From Phoronis australis (taxonomy: Eukaryota > Animalia > Phoronida), in assembly GCA_002633005.1 (NCBI GenBank), contig NMRA01000258.1, positions 493,966-548,452 on the forward strand: a stretch of 54,487 bases of DNA, given 5' to 3'. The notes beneath the pieces were generated by a model. It saw only the letters and a program-made list of their open reading frames with translations. It made no database searches and had not been told where the DNA came from. Every line of letters starts with the position of its first letter. Positions within the stretch are counted from its first letter, which is position 1. Positions 48,762 to 54,487 of this stretch are shown here, in pieces. Made by a program: the position numbers and the translations under genes.

Positions 48762-48952
48762 ACTGTGTCCTCGTTATGTACCGTTACCCTGGACTGTGTC
48801 CTCGTTATGTACCGTTACCCTGGACTGTGTCCTCGTTATGTACCGTTACCCTGGACTGTGTCCTCATTATGTACCGTTACCCTGGACTGTGTCCTCGTTA
48901 TGTACCGTTACCCTGAACTGTGTCCTCGTTATGTACCGTTACCCTGGACTGT
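48762..48952. repeat. 31-bp minisatellite, ~6 copies
   Basis: (actgtgtcctcgttatgtaccgttaccctgg)n. Confidence 0.95.
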
Positions 48953-49162
48953 AAAACCAAGAAATTTCCAACATTATTGTCTGATCTAGAATCAACTAGA
49001 CAAACTATTGTGTCACCACACAATGCTGTGGTACGGTATGGGGTTAGTGGTTCGCCAATCTGCAGGTCAAAATTGAGCATTATTTCTCTGAAATTCGAAC
49101 ATTTTTCTCCATTTGAAGGTTTTTGGTGATAGAATTTATTAAACTAAATCTTCTCCATGACA

Positions 49163-49572
49163 TTTTTTTTTTTTTTTATGTATTTATTATCCTTTACAAA
49201 ACAATTACAAAAACAAACAAACAAGTAAGTACACCATTCATTCACGCATGCACACCTCAGGAAGACCATTTTCATATCTCGTTTAAAGTAAATATCTTCT
49301 ACATGAAGTTAACATGAAACAATAAATTTTTCCCATTTTGCAGAGAAGCTGTCATGTACAAAGTTTTTATGTGCATTTAATTTTTCAGCATTATAGTATT
49401 CATAAGTTTTTGTAACGAACTTGAGAAAATTAGGTATATTTTTGTGACATCTCTCTTTGTAAATGTACTGTTTAGCTAGTAGAAGCAAAATGTTAAATAG
49501 AAAATCATGCGTCTTGTAAAGTCCAAGAATAACAATATCGTAAGACAGACAGTTGGGAAGCTGAATGCCACA
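49163..49572 (-). mobile_element. Tx1/L1-like LINE 3' end with AATAAA and poly(A)
   Basis: Open C-terminus ...NILLLLAKQYIYKERC...KWEKF...; AATAAA at 49188-49183; A15 tail at 49177-49163; truncated at N 49573. Confidence 0.8.
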
Positions 49573-50422
49573 NACTATTGTGTCACCACACAATGCTGTG
49601 GTACGGTATGGGGATAGTGGTTCGCCAATCTGCAGGTCAAAATTGAGCCTCATTTCTCTGAAATTCGAACATTTTTCTCCATTTGAAGGTTTTTGGTGAT
49701 AGAACTTATTAAACAAAATCTTCTTCATGACATTTGTTGAACTTTGTTTGGAAGTAGTATTTTTAAATATCAGTTAGTGTCAGATGCCCTGTTCACAATA
49801 ATTGCTAGATTATGTGAGGTTATCAGATGAACACAGACAATGAGAAAGATAAACAATTGGTTTGCCAACTCTTGCTATCAGTAGAGACAAACTGGTCATA
49901 GAGTGAGAAGTTTATGCTCTCAGGAATTTGGACACTATTCCTATGTTTGTTAGCTACATGCACTAAGTACAGTTAACCAAGAACTCTCTCAATGTCTTTT
50001 TTAAGGCTGTCGGTCTATTTTTTCTTACCTGGTTAGTACTCTCTCTTGCCTCAGGCACTGTTGGCATATCATACTTGCAGGTAATGTCAGTCCCTAAAAC
50101 AACACAATGATTTTTGTTGTCTCCATGAATTGCAGAGGTTTGGGTTCTTCATCTAAACGAAAAGATGTCTTTAACTATATTGAGCATTTTAAAAGTGATA
50201 TTGAAACATAGTGAGAACTCAGTGAGGGTAAGATTATTTCCATCATGGAGCAGGAAACTCTAGGATGAGTATGAAGTTGAATGTATTTTTAAGGACTCGG
50301 TTGGCAATTTTTTGGCAGTTAAAAGTTTGAAATATTTCTTGTGAATTCATATAGGCCGAATGCCGATGATACTGATTTTTTTCAAAACATTAAAGATAAA
50401 ATGGACAAAGTGGATTTGGATT

Positions 50423-51100
50423 TTGTTATGTGCACACGATTTTAGATGTGGACACATCATGCAGTCATCCCTGTCCGTGTACCCATCCGTCCGTCCGGCG
50501 TCCACTGCTCTGCCTTCAAAACCTAGTTTTTCACATATGTTCCACTCATCAATGGGACAGCATGAGCAAACTTTCGGATGGATCCAACTACCAGTGTGCC
50601 CCCTAGTGGCAATTTTAGTTTTTCTTTACCTAGTCTGTATCTTCAAAGGTTCTCTATCAACCAATCCATTCTAAGAACGATTGTGAAAATTGGCATATGT
50701 GTTCTCAGTGTGATGAGGACGGTTGCGATAATGACTTTGACTACTGTGGTGCCTCCTAGTGACATTTTTGTTGCTGTATCCTCTTAACCCATTGCAGGAT
50801 ACTTATTAAATTTAGCACTAAGTGTATTATATGACTACAGACGACAACTTTCAGACGGATATGACAAACGTTGTGGTCCCTAGAGGCTATTTCATTTTTT
50901 TCGCTTTCCTTGGTTTCTCTAAAGTTCCTCAACAGATTTTTATGAAATCCGGTGAATAGTTTTCTATTAAAAAACAATAGCATATTATTGTTGGATTTTA
51001 CCTATTTAGCACCATCTAGTGGCCATTTTTATGATACAAATAAACACCCCTAGAGGCACACTGTTTGTGGTGCATTGCAATGCCCCATGTTGTTCTTATT
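50423..51100 (+). mobile_element. Helentron/HINE-like copy
   Basis: Head palindrome remnant, ccgtccgtccgg microsatellite, cctagtggc units, degenerate tail. Confidence 0.7.
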
Positions 51101-51362
51101 GTCCTCTGTGGTGACTGGAATGTTCAAAATTATAATGTAGATTGCTTCAATTACTTAACAAAACAATCCTAATTTGAAAAGGGAAATTGAGAATGTATAA
51201 TATATTTTAATCTTGTGTACCCATTGAGGATAGCAAATTCTGAAAACCCGTTTTACATTGTTTAAGAAGAATGACCTTGCAAAAATGTCTATATGATATT
51301 AGATTATTTTCTAGTCAGCACTGAGTTTTTGAACATGGTGGATAGCGTAACTCCTAGTTACA

Positions 51363-52351
51363 CGTAGGCGGATTTAGGGGGTGGGGCCCAGGGGGCCCGG
51401 GCCCCCCCTTTGGCTGCCGCAAAAAAAATAAAACAGCAAGAGCGTAGGGAAATGTTGAGTTTATTAATTAACCCTGGTAATTAACATTATACGGCGGAAA
51501 CAAAATTGAAATGTGTGCAGTTTTAGTGTGTTTGGGGGGGGGCTCAGATCCAATATCAAGTGTCAAATTCGGAACACGGCTCAATCGTAACGGAACTATG
51601 GCTAAGTATAGGCTCTCCCGCGATATCCCAGGTGACCGGCAATGGCGCTGCGCACTACGACTCCGTTTCCGTCGTCTGCTTCACTGTGCAATGAAGAAAA
51701 TTACTTCATTTTTTAAAGAAAATGGAATCTGATTGGCGATGAAAAAAGAGAAGCTGCTGGTAAGATGTGAATTTTAATAGAAGCCTTAGTGAATCACTCA
51801 GAAACTCATAATTCTCTCTTTGTCAAACCTTAAGACGATTTCCAAAGCAATCACGTCATTAATGCCAAAACAAAATAACGAATTTGGTCTTTTGGGCAAT
51901 TGAAAACTATTAAACACAACAAATTTGTTACAAACTGATTGCACAAAATATAAAAAGTGTAATAAACGTTACGAAAAGAAGAAGGTTTTGCATGCAAACG
52001 CTGTGGACCATAAACAAGTAGTTAATAACCATTTAGGAGTTAAATCGTGGTGGTGCAGTGGTAAAGCACGCACGCTCTATCCGTCAGGTCATGAGTTCAA
52101 GTCTGTGCTACTTGCAGTTTTCCTGTTTGACACTTTCCCCGCGTTTTGTTTTTGCCATTTTTTCTTGGATAATACTTCGGGAATCGAGGAAAATGCTTGA
52201 TTTTTAGAGGTAAAAACAGAAAAATTTCCTGGGCAAACCCCCCTCCCGACCTCCCCCCATTTGGTGCTATGGCCATCTATAATCGTGCTTTGCGCAAATG
52301 TTTACAGACAAAATATTGGGCCCCCCTTGTGATATCCTAGATCCGCCACTG
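51363..52351. mobile_element. Non-autonomous DNA element (GGCGGAT-type TIR), 6-bp TSD
   Basis: cgtaggcggatttagg ... cctagatccgccactg; gttaca on both flanks. Confidence 0.7.
52044..52112 (+). pseudogene. tRNA-like remnant (pol III A/B boxes), probably a SINE head
   Basis: TGGTGCAGTGG (A box) and GAGTTCAAGTC (B box) at tRNA spacing; acceptor stem not intact. Confidence 0.45.
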
Positions 52352-52384
52352 GTTACAAAACACACCACTCAACTATTTGTCTTA

Positions 52385-54165
52385 CATTTAACTGTAGCAA
52401 TTTTCAAAGAGGGTACGCGGTTTCTGGCAATTTAATAATTCCCTGTTTGAAGATGAGCATTATGAAACCAAAATTAGATACGTGACCATCGATATACTAA
52501 TGATGAGTATTCTGCTCTGCCATACAATAAGGAATTCTTTATTGAAGAATTATTAAAGTATATTAACCTGATTGTTGATTATTTTTTATTTTTTGGTGTT
52601 CTTTTGAGCAACATCAGGACAATTGCTATAACATTTCCTGTTACAACGTAGAAACAAAAACAAAAGCTTCAGGAGGATTGAATTAATCAAAAATAGCGGT
52701 TTTTCGAATATTGTTTCAAGAACTAAAAGCATCAGCTGATGAAGAGTTAATACAGGAATGCAATGTCCACTTGGAAAATAATGAGAAAATTTTATAAAAG
52801 GCTTAAGATTGAAGAAGGTGATAAGGCAACAAAGTTACTTTTGTTGCTAAGAAAACCAAAATTTAGTTAAGATAACAATAACTAGGGTGATAAAGACCTC
52901 GGGTGAAACTTTGACAAAACAAAAGGAAGTTTTAATTGAATTAAAATCTTACGAAAAACTATTGAGACTGCATGTGGAATTGAGAATATCAGTAAAGTTT
53001 TGAAATGAATACTCTCTCCACTTCACAACTGCAAGGAATAATTAAATTTCTGCTAAAACCCAGTAAGGCCAAAGAATTTATAAAAAATGGCGACCCGTTT
53101 GTTTGTTAAATATTAATTATAAAATTTTGTCTTCGTATTTAGCACAAAGACTAAAAAAAAGTTCTTTAAAAATTGGTTCACCCAGATATTTTATCTGGTT
53201 GATATATTGGTGAAAACGCATGAACTCTTAATGACATTTTGCATAATACAGACTCAAGAAAACTTTTGGGTTCTGTAACAGTAGTGGATTTTGAAAGTAG
53301 TTCATTGTCCTGGTGTTTTATGTTTAATGTTCTTAAGATGTTTGAGTTTGGAGATATTTTTTGTGAAAGGATAAAAATTTTGTAGGAAAACTCACAAATT
53401 TGCGTCATGCAAATTGGCATTGCCTCCCAGACTTTTTCAAGTTAAACGAGGGTGCAAACAAGGGTATCCAATCTTAGCTTATTTGTTTGCGCTTTGCACT
53501 GAAATTTTGGGCTACATGCTTGAAAATATTAATGAAGTAATTGAGAATTAACTGTGGAACTCGAGAAGTAACAATTCTCCAGTGCGATGCTACGAGTGTA
53601 AATGTTGGTTTCTCAATAAGGCACTGGATCTTCTGTACCAATTTGCTATAACGGTCTTAAACCTAATATTGAAAAAAACTGAGTTGAAATGGATTGGAAA
53701 CAGGAAGTATGATACCTGATTTTGTAAAAACTTTACATTGATTAAAAAGAGGGTATTAAATTTAGCATGAATCTAGTTGAAATTATTGGTTTGAACTTGA
53801 TTGCAAAAGTTATTCCAGACCTGTTCAGAATATCTTGCGCTGTTGGTCCAGTAGATACCTGTGTTCTGGGAAAAATTGTGAAATCTTTATTATTGCCAAA
53901 GCTTACACATCCTGTCTGAAGTCTCCCATCACTGAAGGACGATTTTATCAAACAACTGTAGAAAATGCTTTTTTTATTTTATTTGGAGTAAAAAAGAATT
54001 ATAAAAATCATGGTTTTAACACGGTTCATTTGCTTTCTTTTATTAAAGCTCTTAAAAAGATTTGGCTTGGGTAGATATTTCGTGCAATTCGAATCTAATT
54101 GACATTGAAAAGATATTCAACGGAGGAAACGATTTTTTTAAAAGCTTAACCCAGTCCACAGGAAA
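52385..54165 (+). mobile_element. Decayed Tx1/L1-like LINE ORF2 (linker plus RT)
   Basis: Broken-frame motifs FWQFNNSLFEDE (~52420), VKRGCKQGYPILAYLFALCTEILG (53441-53512), GLKPNIEK, IVKSLLLPKLTH. Confidence 0.8.
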
Positions 54166-54167
54166 TC

Positions 54168-54487
54168 CTTATGATGCCCTCACATATTATTATTTGGGTG
54201 CATATTGTTGTCATCCTGTCTGGGCCTGCGGCATCCACAGCTCCTAAACCCCTCACAGGATCTTATTGAAATCTGGTAGATGTGTTCCCATGTGGCTGAT
54301 AACAGATGAAGAAGAGTTTTGGACCAATCTCAGTACCGCTGCTCCCCCCAAGTGGCAGTTTTAGTTTTTTATGTTTGCCTCTGTAACTTCAGTGTTCCTT
54401 GAAGTATTTTCATGAAATTCGTCTAACAATAAGGATGTTATGATTCCATTCCATTTTCAGGCGGATTCAACGAATTTTACGGCACCG
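54168..54487 (+). mobile_element. Helentron/HINE-like copy running off the window
   Basis: Head remnant and ccccaagtggcagtt unit similar to the 16485 and 50423 copies. Confidence 0.6.

Noticed and set aside
48576-48989. 137-aa ORF or CRISPR-like array
   Set aside because: The ORF is a by-product of the 31-bp spacerless minisatellite.

Overview
Eukaryotic, intron-rich, AT-rich and repeat-rich DNA from an invertebrate animal. A marine lophotrochozoan such as a mollusc is plausible from the repeat types, but that is inference only. Four genes can be reconstructed by hand with phase-consistent splice sites. (1) SAAL1 on +, ten coding exons at 2832-16177; the ATG exon was not found. (2, 3) Two tandemly duplicated two-exon genes on - (20897-24465 and 27806-30067) encoding ~100-aa secreted peptides with an 8-Cys, chitin-binding type-2 (CBM14/peritrophin-A)-like framework. 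Their signal exons are almost identical, while their mature domains are strongly diverged. (4) A complete 307-aa PGP/G3PP-type HAD-IIA phosphatase on -, eight exons at 35094-42959, whose first intron is GC-AG. A possible fifth gene on + is suggested by candidate exons near 43056, 45131 and 47865. The rest consists of non-autonomous DNA elements (CAG...CTG ends with 5-6 bp TSDs, long-TIR MITEs), Helentron/HINE-like elements with internal ~140-bp repeats, LINE fragments (CR1/L2-like, Tx1-like), minisatellites and several assembly junctions (N). There are no prokaryotic-type systems or CRISPR arrays. The most interesting object is the diverging pair of secreted cysteine-rich peptides.
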